DNA of 64,000 nucleotides, taken from the NCBI GenBank assembly GCA_050575255.1, contig JBNZDD010013666.1, positions 4,066,293 to 4,130,292 on the forward strand, given 5' to 3'. The stretch comes from Harriotta raleighana. Taxonomy: Eukaryota. Shown here in pieces: positions 24,171-37,852 of this stretch. The first letter of the stretch is position 1; each line of letters opens with the position of its first letter. Under the pieces are notes generated by a model, which was given only the letters and a program-made list of their open reading frames with translations, was not told the DNA's origin and ran no database searches. The position numbers and the translations under genes are program-made.

Positions 24171-26109
24171 TGAATGGTCGATGATGGTATGTTAGAAACG
24201 GAGGGCTGGAATTCAAAGTTCTGGAAGTAATTCAAGACAATCTGATGATAGCATATCTAAAGCTGATTTGCCTTCTAAACATGAACACTGCCAGTGAGAT
24301 TGAATCACTGTATTTATTAGCTCTACCAGCTTCTTGATACTTCATATATATTTCTAAAGAATATTTTTTTACTCCTGTTGCAGCTGCTCCAAGTGGTTCA
24401 GGTGATATGATATAGTTGAAAAGATAACAAAGAGGACAGTAGTAGCTGATGGTGTATGATATGGCTTGACTAGGACTACAACACTCATGTTTGTTCTTTC
24501 TCTATCGGATGTCAAACCCTATACACTATGTATTAGAATACATTACGTCCTGTAGGTTATAAATAATTAGTGAAGTGGGGCATCTCAGGTTGAGCAATAT
24601 GGAGGAGGCCTTACTTGGAAACAAAGGTATGTTAGAGGACGCTGTTGGCAAAGAGAGTAAATATATACACAGTGGTGACATTTTTAAATAGCTCAAACGC
24701 AGTGGATGGATCATGTTGCTTTTTCTCTTTAGTTGAATTTTGAAGAATTGTTGCCTGTTCATCCACAGTTGTAATTAATCTCAAATTATGAACCTGTCCT
24801 CGGAATTCAGGCATTTCTCAGGATCTGGCCCGAGTCTTTAGGGGTGAAACACAGGGAAGATTTTATTAAAATTTAGATACTGTGTCCTTTTTTTAAAAAA
24901 ATAGGTTTAATATAGTACTGAGTTTGAGACACAATGTCTATCAGGTCTGTACTTTTGCCAAGGACTCATTTTTAGGGTTACTGAATTCATTGTAAAGACG
25001 CTTTAAGCTATTTCTTGACTAATGACAAACGTTTGCAAGTTGTTTCCCAGACAGAAAGTTTTAACGATGCATTGTTATTCAGTCATTACACTTTATTGCA
25101 GTTTTTATTTGGACACCTGACAAACTGTTGCATTCATTGTTTGTAATAACGCATCTGCCCTGGTTGTGTCACATTGCGATGTTTAAAAAGTCAGTCTTTT
25201 TAAAAAAAACAGAAGGCTGAATAACTTTTCCAATTTTTTTCACCAAAAGATTTTGCTTGATAAAAATAATCAATTGTTGCCTTGATTTCCACTCTTTTTG
25301 CGAATAATCTCCACAAAAATGTATGGTGTTCTGTGCTTGAAGCAGCTGAGCTACTCGAAAGAGAACCTTGGCATTTCGAGAGTTAATTTCCTCTCGATAG
25401 ATGGGTCCCAGTATTTTAGTATTCTGAGGCATTCTTTTGCATTTGATGGCACCAGACTTAAGTTTTACAATTCAGCTGTTTTTTTTAACATGATGGACTG
25501 AAAGTGGGTGTAGATTATAGCCCTCGCACTTCTGCTGGCTATCAGGCAGTCAGTAATGGAGGCCTAGCCACACACATGATGTGAAGCTAATGGTCATAAT
25601 TGCCCTCAGTGTTTGACAGGACCACTATCAGAGCTCTTGAAAACTCTGTGTTTAAAGCAGGATTTACAGTAAATTACACCATAATGGTGAAACTACCACT
25701 GTTTGTGTATACACACACAAACACTCTTCCTGCTTCACTCTAATCGTGTCTTCCCACTACACAGTCTGGCTATATAGCTAAGTGGGACATAGTTATAATG
25801 TTTGACAGTTATTAGATTGTTAAACGCTGGAGTATATTTTCACCTCTTATGATGCAGAAAGGTAGCTGATCACCAGAACACAGATCAGAATTGGAGCCCC
25901 GGAGTGAAGGTTTAAAAAAGTTAGACTGCCATGTAAATGCGGTTTTCCTTGGATGCATAAAAATACAGGAAGTTGTAAGCGCGCAGAGAGCAATTGTCTA
26001 CAAACTGAGGAGCAACTTACATGTGGCAGATTCCTTGAGGAGCCCAGTATCAAAAGATCATTTAACTGCAGCCCCCCAAAAATCCATGATATTAGGAATA
26101 ATATGATAA

Positions 26110-26550
26110 TAGTCTTTGCATTTACATAACATTTTAAAATGTTGAAATGTCTCAAAGTGCTTCACGGTAATCACCATTAAGTGTAGTAACTACGTATCTG
26201 TATGTAATTGCCGCAGCCAATTTACTCTGTAGAATATGCCAGAAGCAACCAGTGAATGAACAATTTAACTGGCAAATTATTGGCCAGGACACCAGTAGAA
26301 ATGATGGTCCTGAATAGCAGTTGAGATCTCTGTGTAACATCTGAATTGAAGGATGGCCCTCTGACAATGCATTTTAATGATATAAAATAATAATAATAAT
26401 AATCCTTGCATTTGATACAGCGATTTTCACATCTTATCCACGTCTCAAAACACTTCACAGAATATACTGTAAAGTGAATTGACTGTATATTTGTGGACAT
26501 TGCTCCCCTAACACTGCACTGAAATATCAGTCTGTATCACAAGTTCAAAC
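26110..26550 (-). mobile_element. Old Deu-domain SINE (SacSINE1/AmnSINE-like), interrupted by a younger SINE
   Basis: ttggccaggacacc...gaaggatggccctctgacaatgca, resuming after 26497 as tgctcccctaacactgcactgaaatatcag. Resembles the DeuSINE central domain from recall. Confidence 0.55.
26385..26496 (-). mobile_element. Young SINE 3' fragment nested in the older SINE
   Basis: (AAT)n-ccttgcatttgatacagcg...gactgtatatttgtgg. Confidence 0.85.
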
Positions 26551-26869
26551 CTCCAAAAAAGACTTAAACCTTCAAAAGATAATTTATGGTTTACTGTATT
26601 TAGCATTGAGTACACTTCAGATCAAAGGCAGTCTGGTTTAGCACAATTCTCTACGTATGGGAGCTTCATTGCCTATATCAAATATGTACATGATTCAGAC
26701 AGAAAATGTATACTCAGAGCAAATCTACACCCTTTAATAGCTTAACCTGTAAATCAGCACCTCTTTTTATATTTAAATTATCCAGAAATGTAATGTACTT
26801 TTAATGTTGCATATTGGATTGTTTATTAAAATTCTAGATCATCTGTTCAGAAAACCAGATATGTGTATG

Positions 26870-26982
26870 GCTATTGGCAAGTTAATTCGCCCACAAATAT
26901 ACAGTCAATTCACTTTCCAGTATATTCTGTGAAGCGCTTTGAGACGTCTAGAGTACGTGAAAAGCGCTGCATCAAATGCAAG
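26870..26982 (+). mobile_element. SINE 3' fragment
   Basis: cgcccacaaatatacagtcaattcac...gtgaaaagcgctgcatcaaatgcaag. Confidence 0.85.
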
Positions 26983-27049
26983 TACAGTACTGTATGATCA
27001 TTTATTATTAATGTACAGAATTTTGAGGTTTGTACAGCCAAAATACTTT

Positions 27050-28190
27050 GATAGTCTTAAAACCAACAAATCCCATCGGCCAGTTAGTAACAGCATGCTT
27101 ACGGAGGACAGGGCTATCATTGTGAAAGAATTGCTAGGCACTGGTGAGATTCCATTGGACTGTAACATGTAAAGCTTATAGATGAAAAAGGGCAAAGACT
27201 GACTCTGGCTATTAGCTTAACACCAATAGCATGTAAAATAATGGAAATCCTTTCTGAGGAATAGATTGAAAGAGCACCTGTATAGCAATAACTTAATAAG
27301 AAAGCAGCCGTCACAGATTTAGGAAGGCAGAGTCTTGCCTGACAAACCTTGACTTCTTTGAGGATGTCACAGATAAAGTAGATGGTGGCACTCCCTATGA
27401 TATCGTTTATTTAGATTTTCAGAAACCTTGTGACAAAGTTCCACATGAAAGACTTTTAATTAAACTAAAAGCCACAGGGATCCAAAGTGGTACAAGGAAC
27501 TGGTTTATAAAAGATAGAAACAAGAGTGTATCTGTGTGGCGTAATGTCGTGTGTGGGAGTGAGTGTTGGAAGTTCCATTAGGTTCAGTGAGTGGACCCTT
27601 ATTATTTTTAATCTACATAAATGACCTAGTTATAGACAAATACAAGCTGGTTGAATCTGCTGACAACATAAAATATAGGAGCAGCATAGACAGAGGATTC
27701 TTCGAAAGGTTTGCAAAGGGATTTAGATTGTGTATTCAATTGGACAGATGCATGTCAAATTAATTTAACATAGATAAATGTAAAGTAACATACATAAGTC
27801 GAAAAATGTGGACTTGAGTGTAAAATAAATGGAATTGAATTAGAGTGTGAAGATTTAGAAAAGATCTGAGTAATACCAGACATCCCGCTTTCCATGTTCA
27901 TATAATGTGGCGAAAAAAAATTACAAAGCAAATAGGATACATAGCTGGAACAAGTAAAATACAAGTCTCCAGATTTATCCTAGGTCATTTTCATTCACTA
28001 ATCAGATCATGTCCAGAAAACAGCATTCATCTTCACTGGAAAAAATGTATTAGAAAAGATGCAGAAAAGATTGATGAAACTGATCCTGAGTGATCTATGA
28101 AAAAAAGACTACAAGAGTGTAGTAAGCCTTACTATTAAAGAAAGGATTTTATTTAAATACAGAATATATAAAATACCCATTAGATGAACC
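27050..28190 (+). mobile_element. Decayed CR1-clade LINE, ORF2 reverse transcriptase fragment
   Basis: Frameshifted motifs ISLTPIACKIME, SCLTNL-DFFEDVTDKVDGGTPYDIVYLDFQKPCDKVPHERLLIKLKATGI, VPLGSVSGPLLFLIYINDL and SADNIK (degenerate FADDTK). Confidence 0.9.
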
Positions 28191-30259
28191 CTAAAACTAC
28201 CCGATTACACAGCATGCAACCAGGTGCCCCTGAAATTTTGTGTGAGCTGATTGATATGTACTGTATCATGCACTACGCTGTGGTCATTTAACTTGTTCAC
28301 AAACATTTTAAGGGGTTGAATCAGTGATTCCCTTTAGATAAAGTTTGAGTCACCTTGCTACAGATGGGATCCACCATGGAGACATGACCAGTTTGTTGAA
28401 TCTGAATCTAGGAACCAGGCAAGCTCTATTTTGAAAAGGTCAGATGCAACAGCTTTGGCTACAGCTAATTTTGATTTATAGTTAAACTATTCATGCAATG
28501 TCAATATTGTCTGATCCGAATTTGAGTTTAAAGGAAAACAAAGATACATTTAAATCATTGGGATTGTGGCAAATTTGGTAAGCTTGTGATGAAAGTAATG
28601 CCATTTCAGCAAGCTGGCAAAATACATTATGTACCTAAGTCACCACTATCACATGTGCAGAATCACTTGACACAATATAATTCAAAGGATGTTCATCCTT
28701 AATGCTTCATGGATCTCAGACCAAAAATAGCACACCCTGCCTTCAATGTCTCAGCATCATTTGACCAGTTGGCCATTCCCTCAGAGCGGACAAGCAGCTT
28801 TGTTTGGTTAATGCAGGTCCCTGGCTCATGAGAATGTTTAGTCTGGATGACTTGAGCAGCTCTGACATCCTGTGCATCATGAACATCTGTGGAACTCATT
28901 GCTGTTTCCAGAGGTCCCAGAATTTTTGTGACCTAAAATGAGCCCTGGTAAGTTTTTTTTCTCTCCGGATAATATGCTGAACTGACCACCTGAATAGCGC
29001 AGCGCATTGGATGCAATGATGTGCTGCCCCAGAGGGAAAACAGACAGAGTCAAAGGGAGGTGTGGAGATGTGAATGGTGAACAGAGACTAGGTGCCTTCC
29101 CACAGGAAGAGAGGCAAATAAAAAGAGGGCAAGTCAACCATTACATCTCCTGTTAGGAGGGAAAGAGATGTTAGAGAGTGGCACTATTGGAGTTCTGAGA
29201 AATGATGTAACCACCAATGTTTTTAAAAGGGAGGAAAGGAGAGTTACTTTATGTTATGATTGCCAATTTTTTACGCAGTGTTTCTTGAGTAAAATGCCAA
29301 CATAAATACTCTTTAGTGTTTTGCAAACATTTAATTCCTTGCAATTTAAACAGATATTACATTGGTGCTTGTGCAAACTTGATGAAGAGTATGAAAAAAA
29401 ATGATTAATTTGATATTGGCAGTTTGTGTCTTGTAACTTCGATCTCATCACCCCCAGGAAATGACATTTCAATAAATGACATTGAAAAGGATTACTTCTA
29501 CTTCTTCAAGATTTGATTACCTTAAATTTGTTTTGTAATACAGTAATCAGTAATAATACATTTTCAGGAATACTATATTATGAAGGAAAACTTTTTTTTC
29601 AAGCACAGGTTACAGTTTCAATGTATTAGTGCCTTTTGGGATCTGTAATGTTTCATTACAGTTTGATCAAAACTATTATTAGGGAAGTTTTGAGTTTGAT
29701 ATGTTATGGTTCGCCATAGGGCACTTTGCTTAGTGTCTTTCACAACTTGTCATCATTGTTGTAATTGCAATAACCATCCTGGAGTATGTAATTTCACATG
29801 TTGTAAACATGCCTGCTTTTTTGGCCCCGTACTTTTATATGAGTATAAAGGATGTAGAACCCACAATTCCAAGTGAATGGCAGTGTGATATGATAAACAA
29901 CATCTGTGCGAGAGCTACTGATTGGCAACATTCTCATTTTAAAATGCAGCGGGGTGCTGGAGCCTGTTCAGCTCTACCGCTAGTGTAAATACAAGTAAAT
30001 GTGATGGGCCAGCCTGGCATAAAGGAAATAACCTATCCTAAACAGCCCCAAGACTCTGTGTAACTCACAAATGAGCAGCAAAGTTGAGTGGAGCTTTCTA
30101 CACTGTTTGGCTGTTATGGAAAAGACCTGTGCATATGTTTTTTTTAAAATTGTAATGGAATTTGTCCCAGCGTGTAAACATAATATAAAGGTCTTACGAA
30201 GCCTTGGTCGTCAATAATGTTTCTAATCTTTGCTATGTTCACTTATCTGATCCAAAGCA

Positions 30260-30410
30260 ATAAATAATAATAATCCTTGCGTTTAATATAGTGCTTTGTC
30301 ATATCATCGAGACATCTCAAGTGCTTTGCAGGATATACTGTTAAAGTAAAATCCATTTTGTGAAAAAAAAATGTGGAAGCCGATTTGCCCGCAGCAATGT
30401 CTCACAAACA
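30260..30410 (-). mobile_element. SINE 3' fragment
   Basis: aataatccttgcgtttaatatagtgc...gcagcaatgtctcacaaacag. Confidence 0.7.
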
Positions 30411-32335
30411 GCAAAAGAAGCAGGGTGATGGCCATAATGTTTCTAGGAAAGGGCAGGTTCCTGCTTCTGAACATTGTTCAGTGGCTAGTGTCTGTGTGAT
30501 TGCACATTACCTTTGGACAGGACCTTTTTGTCAAACAGTTCACTCACACTCACTATTTGGCTCACATAAAAATAATATACTGTATGTGGGTCAAATGCTA
30601 TATTTGGGGGATGGAGGATGGGGGAAAGAATTCTGCCTCCCAATATGGATTGATATTTTCATGTTGGCAGCTAGATGGAATTGTTACAATATAAATTGTA
30701 CTATTTCCAATGCTCATCACCCTGTGAATGCTGTTTTACAGCTGATGTATATTTTTGACTATTGAATTTGGATGGCAAGCATCAGGTTTTCCTTGTCGGT
30801 TCCTGATATTTGATAGTGGACCTTATCACGTCTTCAAAATATCTCATAGCCATTGGTGCAGGGTGGTCCTCCATCCAGAGGAACATAACTAATTCATCTG
30901 TGTTGTAGGATTTTTTTACATCCACTGAACTGCCAGGTGGATGTTAAACCCAATGCCCCATGCATTGAAGATGACAATCCTGCTATTTTAGTCATGAGAA
31001 ATGAACCTATCAGCAGGCTTAGTACAAAATGACCCCATATCATTTGTTAATGCCATTTAGTGTGCACAGCAGAAGTGCTATACCTATACTGACCATGAAA
31101 ACAAAAAGTGTCCTCTTTGAAATGTCTTGAAAGCGATGAACTTTATGCCTGCAGTTGGTTAATATTTTGTTTTAAGTAGGTACTGACTAATGTTTTACAA
31201 ATTAAGTGGCAGTTCATAGCCTTCAGCTGCCTCTTTGTGCACCACCCTTGCTAAAAACACCTGTGGGCAGGCTTGGGACAACATTTACAAACCCTCAAGA
31301 ATGTTGTTTTTTGTTCTTGTAAATGGTGGGTAGTTGATATGCTTGCTGGCTGGGATACAGAAAGGCGCTTCCAGTCACAGCAGGCAAAAATGATCTCCGA
31401 TGGAGTATTATAAAGGAAATTAATGGTCCAAATGATGTAAAAGTGATCACAAACAATGATTAATCTGATCAACAATGCAGTAGTATTTTGTACTGAGCAG
31501 GAAAGGCTTTCTTAGGCCACAACCAGCATTATGTTAGATAAATATGCAAGACGTTATTCAGAATGAGTTCATAAGCATTTTATAAATAGATTTGGACAGG
31601 TTAACTCATTTTTTTCCCTTTTCCTTGCAGACTAAAACATTTCCTGTTAGGAACAAACTGAACATGGCTATTCCAGATCTATGATTGAGACAGACACAGT
31701 CTGTTAAAGCAGTAGTGTCAGAGCCACCACAGCTTTCTTTGGTGGTGCTTGAATGAAGACTTATGCTTGGGACAGTTTTCGATGGCGTAGGGTTTAGGTA
31801 GATTCAGTGTAACATATATCACTTTACTGCACAAATATGAAAAGCTAAAATAATTGATACAAGTCTGAATACAAAGCATAAAATGAAATCAAATTGTGAT
31901 TATTTATATACAATCTCACATATGTGGCAAGTACAGTATATTTGGTTATTGTCTTTTGGGTTCATAAAGCTTTTAGGACTTTCCAGTTTTTAGAGGTACA
32001 GTAGTTTGTATTAGAGGTTATCTTCTAAAATAATTGTGGTGATGCTTTTGATGGATAGACTGGTTGAAAAACTTAGTAAAGGTACAACTTTAAATCCACA
32101 GAAAGTTTACGGGATAAAACTATGTCACACAGAATTGGGCACTATTTAACGGCTCAAATAGTGATAACATCACTTATTGGATTGTAATAATAATCTTGCA
32201 TTATAATTTACATTCCTCCGAGAGAGCTGCTATCTTAACCCTATTCTGCCAAATGTACAAATGAACCTCCTGTTGGAAAAGTTCAGCATTTGCTAACCTC
32301 ATCCTTGTTGACAAAGTTTTTGACTTCAGATTTAA

Positions 32336-32840
32336 TCAATAACATACTGGACAATTCTGAATGATCTGCAGCCTGTGAAGGGAGAAGTTGGGAAGGCCGA
32401 CAAGGAGAGAGTTCCCGTAGTCAAGCCTGGAGTTGATAAAGGCGTGAATGAGGGTTTCAGTGGCATGGGGGGGTGAGGTAGTGGTGGAGCCTGGCAATAT
32501 TGCAGAGTTGGTGGAAGGCGATACCGGCCAGGGAGCAGATGTGAGAGAGGAAGGACAGTACAGGGTCAACCAAGATGTCCAGATTCTTGAATGGCTTTGA
32601 GAAGTGGAGAGAGCAGCCTTGTCAGCGCCTGAGGTGCGGATGCAGCCAATCAGGAGGGCCTCCGTCTTGTTGACGTTGAGTTGGAGGAAGTTGGCCCTCG
32701 TCCAGGACTCAATGTCAGTCAGACACGCAGTCAGAACGCCAGTAGTCCTGGAGTCGAGGGAAGAGGTGGCGAGGTAGAGTTGGGTGTCATCCACATACAT
32801 GTGGAAATTTACTTCATGGCTACGGATGATGTAGCCCAGA
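32336..32840 (-). mobile_element. L2-clade LINE reverse transcriptase fragment
   Basis: HMYVDDTQLYL...CLTDIESWTRANFLQLNVNKTEALLIG and ETLIHAFINSRLDYGNSLLVGLP...LQIIQN are typical L2 ORF2 motifs. Confidence 0.92.
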
Positions 32841-33427
32841 CAGCCAGTGTGACAACATTTACTCTGACTCTCAGAGTGTGGTCTGTACCTGGTTGTTCCA
32901 GAAACTGAACTTGTCTTGTCTTATACAAGGACAGTAGACCATTAAAGGACAATGCAGTGCATCTCAGTTCCTGTAGTGTGCTGTTTAAGTGTATGTACAT
33001 ATCTGTTATAAAACTGATAAAGGAAGCACAGTGATGTTGTTTTGTTCAAATAACTAGCATCTTTCACACATGCATCATACATTTAAACATGTTTGGAGAA
33101 AGCATGTCTTTTGTCATTGGCAGAGGATTCTCATGTTATTTCGTACTTCTGCTCATTGTTTTACAAGACAGGAAAATCTGTCTTACAAATCAAGAACTCA
33201 TCAAAGAACTTCCCTTTTAGTAAGATTGACAAAAAAGTAGTTTCTGTCCTCTTTCATACATTTAAACTCTTTGAAGAAAAATCACTAAATCTTATAAATT
33301 CACATTTTTTTCCAAAAAATGAACAATATTGACCGAAAAGTTTTTAATTCATTACACGCAATGTTGTTTTTGTGTTCCAAGGTGAGTAACAGAGTTTTAT
33401 TATTTCCAATTTTCCCTTTTCTTTCTT

Positions 33428-33720
33428 CAACAACAACAATTAATTTCATTTGTATAGCACCTTTCACGCTTGGAGGACACCCGAAGGCACTGGACAGTCA
33501 GGGATTTGGGTCCAAGCTGCGGTTAGGATCAAGGAGGGGTGGAGGGCATGGAGGGTACGAATAGGAGGAAGAGGAAGGTGTTGAGACAAGCGTTGAAGGA
33601 GGCAACGGAGGGAGCAAAGTGAAGGAGTTCCAAGGGGTAGGGAGGCTGAAAGCCAACCGCCGATGGTGGGAAGGGCCAGGCGGGGACAGAGAGCAGGCCA
33701 GATCCTGCTGAGCTGGGGGG
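33428..33720 (-). mobile_element. L2 LINE 3' end (ORF2 C-terminus, 3'UTR, (TTG)n tail)
   Basis: SAGSGLLSVP / LALPTIGG / AFSLPTPWNSF across frames, then the tail gtgaaaggtgctatacaaatg-(ttg)n. Confidence 0.85.
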
Positions 33721-33789
33721 AAAGGACAGGTTGATACAACAGGAATCAAGACAATGGTTCCTGTTAGTGTACAGTTGTAAGAGCAACAT

Positions 33790-34095
33790 CACCTTCCCAG
33801 TAAGTGGCTATTCTTTCTGACCCTTGACAGAGAGTGTCAGCAAGCTACTCAACCACGGAGTGCATCAAAGCCAAGCCCAATCTTTTCCTCACTCAGCATC
33901 CACACACATGTATTGTGCAGTCAAGGTCACTGGATAGAAATGATAATGAAGAACATTGGTGTTAATCCCCCCTCCCCCCACCACCCACCCTCACCATAGG
34001 GGAATTGAGGCCAGTTGCAGTCTCTCTGACGTAATAACTAAATCAACAAAAGACTGAAGTTCAGACTAGACCCTTTCTGTTCTACACATTGAGCA
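33790..34095 (-). mobile_element. Old SINE-like repeat (family B)
   Basis: Reverse-complement similarity to 21450-21750 (aagtggctattct..., gtcactggatag, tgaggccagttgcag). Confidence 0.55.
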
Positions 34096-34506
34096 ATTAA
34101 AGTAATTCATTGAGTAATTAAACTAAATTAAATTTAAGTTTGAAAGGGAAAATAAAAGTTTTGTAAAGGTATATAATTGGACTATGGTCCAGATTGTTGT
34201 GGAATACCACCCAAAGCCAAACATAAAATGGTAGGGCACTTTATAAAAATGTTAGGTGGGCTTTTGTTGAATGTTTAATATGTGTTAAAGTGGGGGAGAT
34301 GTGTTGTATATGGGCTAAGGAAAGTGGGTGCTGAAGTGTTAAGCTTCAGATGTTTCCTCAGTGTTGACATTTAGGGCATCCTGTGGTGTTTCTGGTGTTC
34401 CACCTGAATTTTAAGACCAGGGCTGGATGGCTACTCAGAGATAAAATTGGATTTGTCAGTTTCTATCAGATTCTAAAAACAAATTATAGTAAACTGGGAA
34501 TCTCTC

Positions 34507-34696
34507 AACAACAACAACAAAGTGACACTTGTATAGCACCTTTCACGTCAGGAGGACATCCCAAGGCGCTGGACAGTCAATGTTTCAGACCTGAATTACA
34601 TAATTTAAAATATTTTTATAAAATGAATAACAAGAACAACAACAAAAGTACATTTATAGAGCGCCTGTCATGTCGGGATGACATCCCAAGGCGCTG
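34507..34696 (-). mobile_element. Two short L2 3'-tail fragments
   Basis: (CAA)n...tgtatagcacctttcacgtcaggaggacatcccaaggcgctg, present twice. Confidence 0.75.
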
Positions 34697-37164
34697 ATAA
34701 CAACAATCTCCATCCTCCCAAAATAAAAAACAGGCCAATGAGGATATTTTTAATAAACAAACATGTTAGTTTTTCTTTTGAACATGGTGTGGTTTGCGGT
34801 TATGTGGTGATTAGTGTTATTGTAACTTTGTATAGGATTATGATCTTCAGTTCTGTGCAGTACATGCTTCACTCCTGAGACCCCAAAATTCCTCCTACTT
34901 TTTGTAAGACAGTTTGTCCTTTTCTGTTTTCAATTTTGTTACCATTTGTGAGAATGTGTCAGACATTTGGTTACCGCAGAAATGTGTGTGATATGCACTC
35001 GGTCAATCTAAAAAGTACCAAGATTCTGGAAATGACAAAGTAAACAATGTGAAATACAAAAGTTCTAACAATTGAAATTAAATATTATTGTGCCAATACA
35101 AATATTGTTTCAAGCAGTAATACAGTCTCAATATTCATCGACTCAGTTTTCACATCAGAAATACTGTATGCATTAACCCTGTAAGCCGAAGCCCTAATGA
35201 GTAGGGTGGTCCTCGACGGACAAACTGCAAGAAGCTTGCCAGATAGTGTTCACAATGCAAGCTACATTACATCAGCTGGTTAACAGCATGCAATCTGGGG
35301 TCCCTAAGCCTTGGACCTTGCTAAACTGGTGCCTAATACTTCTGGAGTATGGTAAGCAGGGCGCATCTGTCTAGAGACAGAGTGCATTCCCAATTCCAGA
35401 CAAAAGGACATTTGCGTAGGTGGCATACATGTGTGCAACTCTCAGCCTGGTTTGGCTCCTCTTGAGCACGGTGAAGGATTTGCGTGTATGTCAGACACCC
35501 GGCTGGCTGAAAAATAAGTAGAGCCTTTTAAGATTGATGTAGTGTATGACATCATCTTGAACCCAATTGTTGTTACTGCTTTGTTACTCCACCAGCTATG
35601 TTTTACAACCACTGATGGCCACATTTCCTTAAAGAGACCAGTTTATATTTTTCAGACAACACAGGATATCATTTAAATTACTTGCCAAAATGAAAGCCTA
35701 AAAGGAAATATCTTCAATATAATTGTTATAAAGTTGTGTGCGTTTTTTTTGGGGGGCCAAATCCACTTTGAAAGCATTTCTCAAAAATTGCAACGGTTAA
35801 AATTTAGGGTTAAACTCATGATTCTTCACAGAGAGTTAATGGAGGGCAAATTGGTGAACAAGTTACTTAAGCTGCTTTCATTCAACCTGGAGCAGCCGGC
35901 TACAAAGATATAGGATAAAATCGGGTATCCTCATACTTTCTCCTGGTTAGAAAAACACTACAAACTTTGATGGGAACAGAGAGAAATAAACGATTTTTAA
36001 AAATATGGAGAGCAAATGAATCAGATGTGGGGACAGAAGCAAAAATGGCTAAAAATATTTAGAAGACGGCAGCAATGTATGGATCAATTATTTTTGAATG
36101 CTTTAAAAGACTATTGTGAATTTTAGGAAAAAAAGTTTGTACTGTAGTTAGTTTTACTTCATGATATTTTGCGTTGAACGTGTGCAGAAAATCACTTGTG
36201 TATTGCCATTAAGACGAAGGAAACCCAAATCCATTTCCAAAAATTGCAGAGGATATTCTGCACCGCAATGGGTTAATGATGTTTAGGCTACTGATTGTTA
36301 TTCACAGCTCTGTACAATAAGCAGTGTTTAAAATAAGTGTCGTGACCGGGACTTCTGTTTTAGCAGCCACCAGCACAGGCCCACCAGCAGACTAGAGGTT
36401 TGTATTTGACTTCCTGCAGTTTGTGAGCCTGGGGGGTGTGGAAGCCCATCCCACTGTCTCCCTGGCTACCCAGAGCTATTTTGCTGTGTTATTCAAGTCG
36501 TTTGTGGAGTGTGAATCTATTCACCTCACAAATGTGGGAAATAAAAACAGACCCAAGTTTTATTATGAGTTTATCACCGTCCTGACTGCTTTCAACATTG
36601 ATTTCCTTTGACGCAAAGCTCTGTTTTCCCATTCATCCAGGGCAGCAATGTTCAATATTTCATTTGAGGGTGTTAATCGCATTACCATCCTTGACGTTTT
36701 ACAGATATCATATTATGGCCGCAAATTTGGCAAATTATTGTAGGCATAATGTATAGCTTGTCATCGGCGTTTAGAGATCTAGATATACTGTGGCTTATCA
36801 GGAAAAGCAGTGACTCAGGGTACTTTCCAGAGGCAGTGGATAGTTGTAAAAAGGAATCTGACTGGCTTTTCAGCCTCTGAAAGATGATGTTTGCTCTATC
36901 AGTGAAATACAGAACTGATAAAGAGTTACATTTTCACAATCTGGTTTAAGGTTGAGCAAGAGGTCAACAAGCAGGCGAGTAATATTTCAAACCAAGTTTT
37001 AAAAGGATGAGTTTTAAATTCTGTCTTGATAATCCTGTATGTGCCTTTTAGCCCACACAACACCAAATCCACACAGCTCCATGGAGACATTCTCAAAACT
37101 TTACCAGGTTGAATTTTGTTTACAATACCAGGATTTTCCTTACTCCAAACGCCTGATAATAAAC

Positions 37165-37358
37165 CCCCCCAAACAATAATAATAAAATTGGTCATTTCAA
37201 TCTACGACTGTTTTGTGGTGCCGCTACTGTGCGCAACTGGCTGCCGCATTTTGCCCCATAAATATACAGTCTATTCACATCACAGTATATTCTGTGAAGC
37301 ATTTTGAGTTGTCTAGAAGATGTGAAAAGCGCTATATCAAATGCAAGGATTAATATTA
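37165..37358 (+). mobile_element. SINE 3' part
   Basis: aaattggtcatttcaatc...gtgaaaagcgctatatcaaatgcaaggatta. Confidence 0.85.
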
Positions 37359-37711
37359 TTTATTGTGCTGAAAATCTAACTTATTACAGTTAATTGAATC
37401 CTTTTTTCCTCAGAAAGAGTAAACCAAATGTATGTATTTTTAAAGAACTATTATTAATTTCTACAAAAATCTGGATGTATTGTGCAATTCGTAGCACAAT
37501 GACAATTGTTGAAATTGCCACAGACGGAAAATTTACTACATTCTCTGAAATCTCCCCTCCCCCTACCACCTGTATTGTATTGTAGTTTGGACCAAACCCA
37601 TTTCTCTGCAGACAGAGGAAGAAAGTAACTCCTCCTTCCTTGGTCTCTGTAAAGTGCATCTACGTGATGTAATGATGCAGTCTGATGTAGCTACAGAGCA
37701 AAGCAGGGAAT

Positions 37712-37852
37712 AAAATAATAATAAATCTTGCTTTTGATATTGTGCCTGCACATCATGTCTTCGAGACATCTCAGAGCGCTTCACATCATATACTATAATT
37801 GAATTGACTGTGCATTTTATGGGAGAAACGCGGCAGCCAAACGCACACAGCA
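37712..37852 (-). mobile_element. SINE 3' part
   Basis: tcttgcttttgatattgtgcc...cgcggcagccaaacgcacacagc. Confidence 0.8.

Noticed and set aside
33361-33387. AAG|GTGAGT recursive-like site (similar weak cases at 11696, 44335 and 56050)
   Set aside because: Non-YAG acceptor or weak donor. Expected by chance in an intron this long.
35172-35230. Hammerhead-like GTCC-loop-GGAC-AAAC near CTAATGAG
   Set aside because: No CUGANGA adjacent to the stem and GAAA is incomplete, so the topology does not fit.
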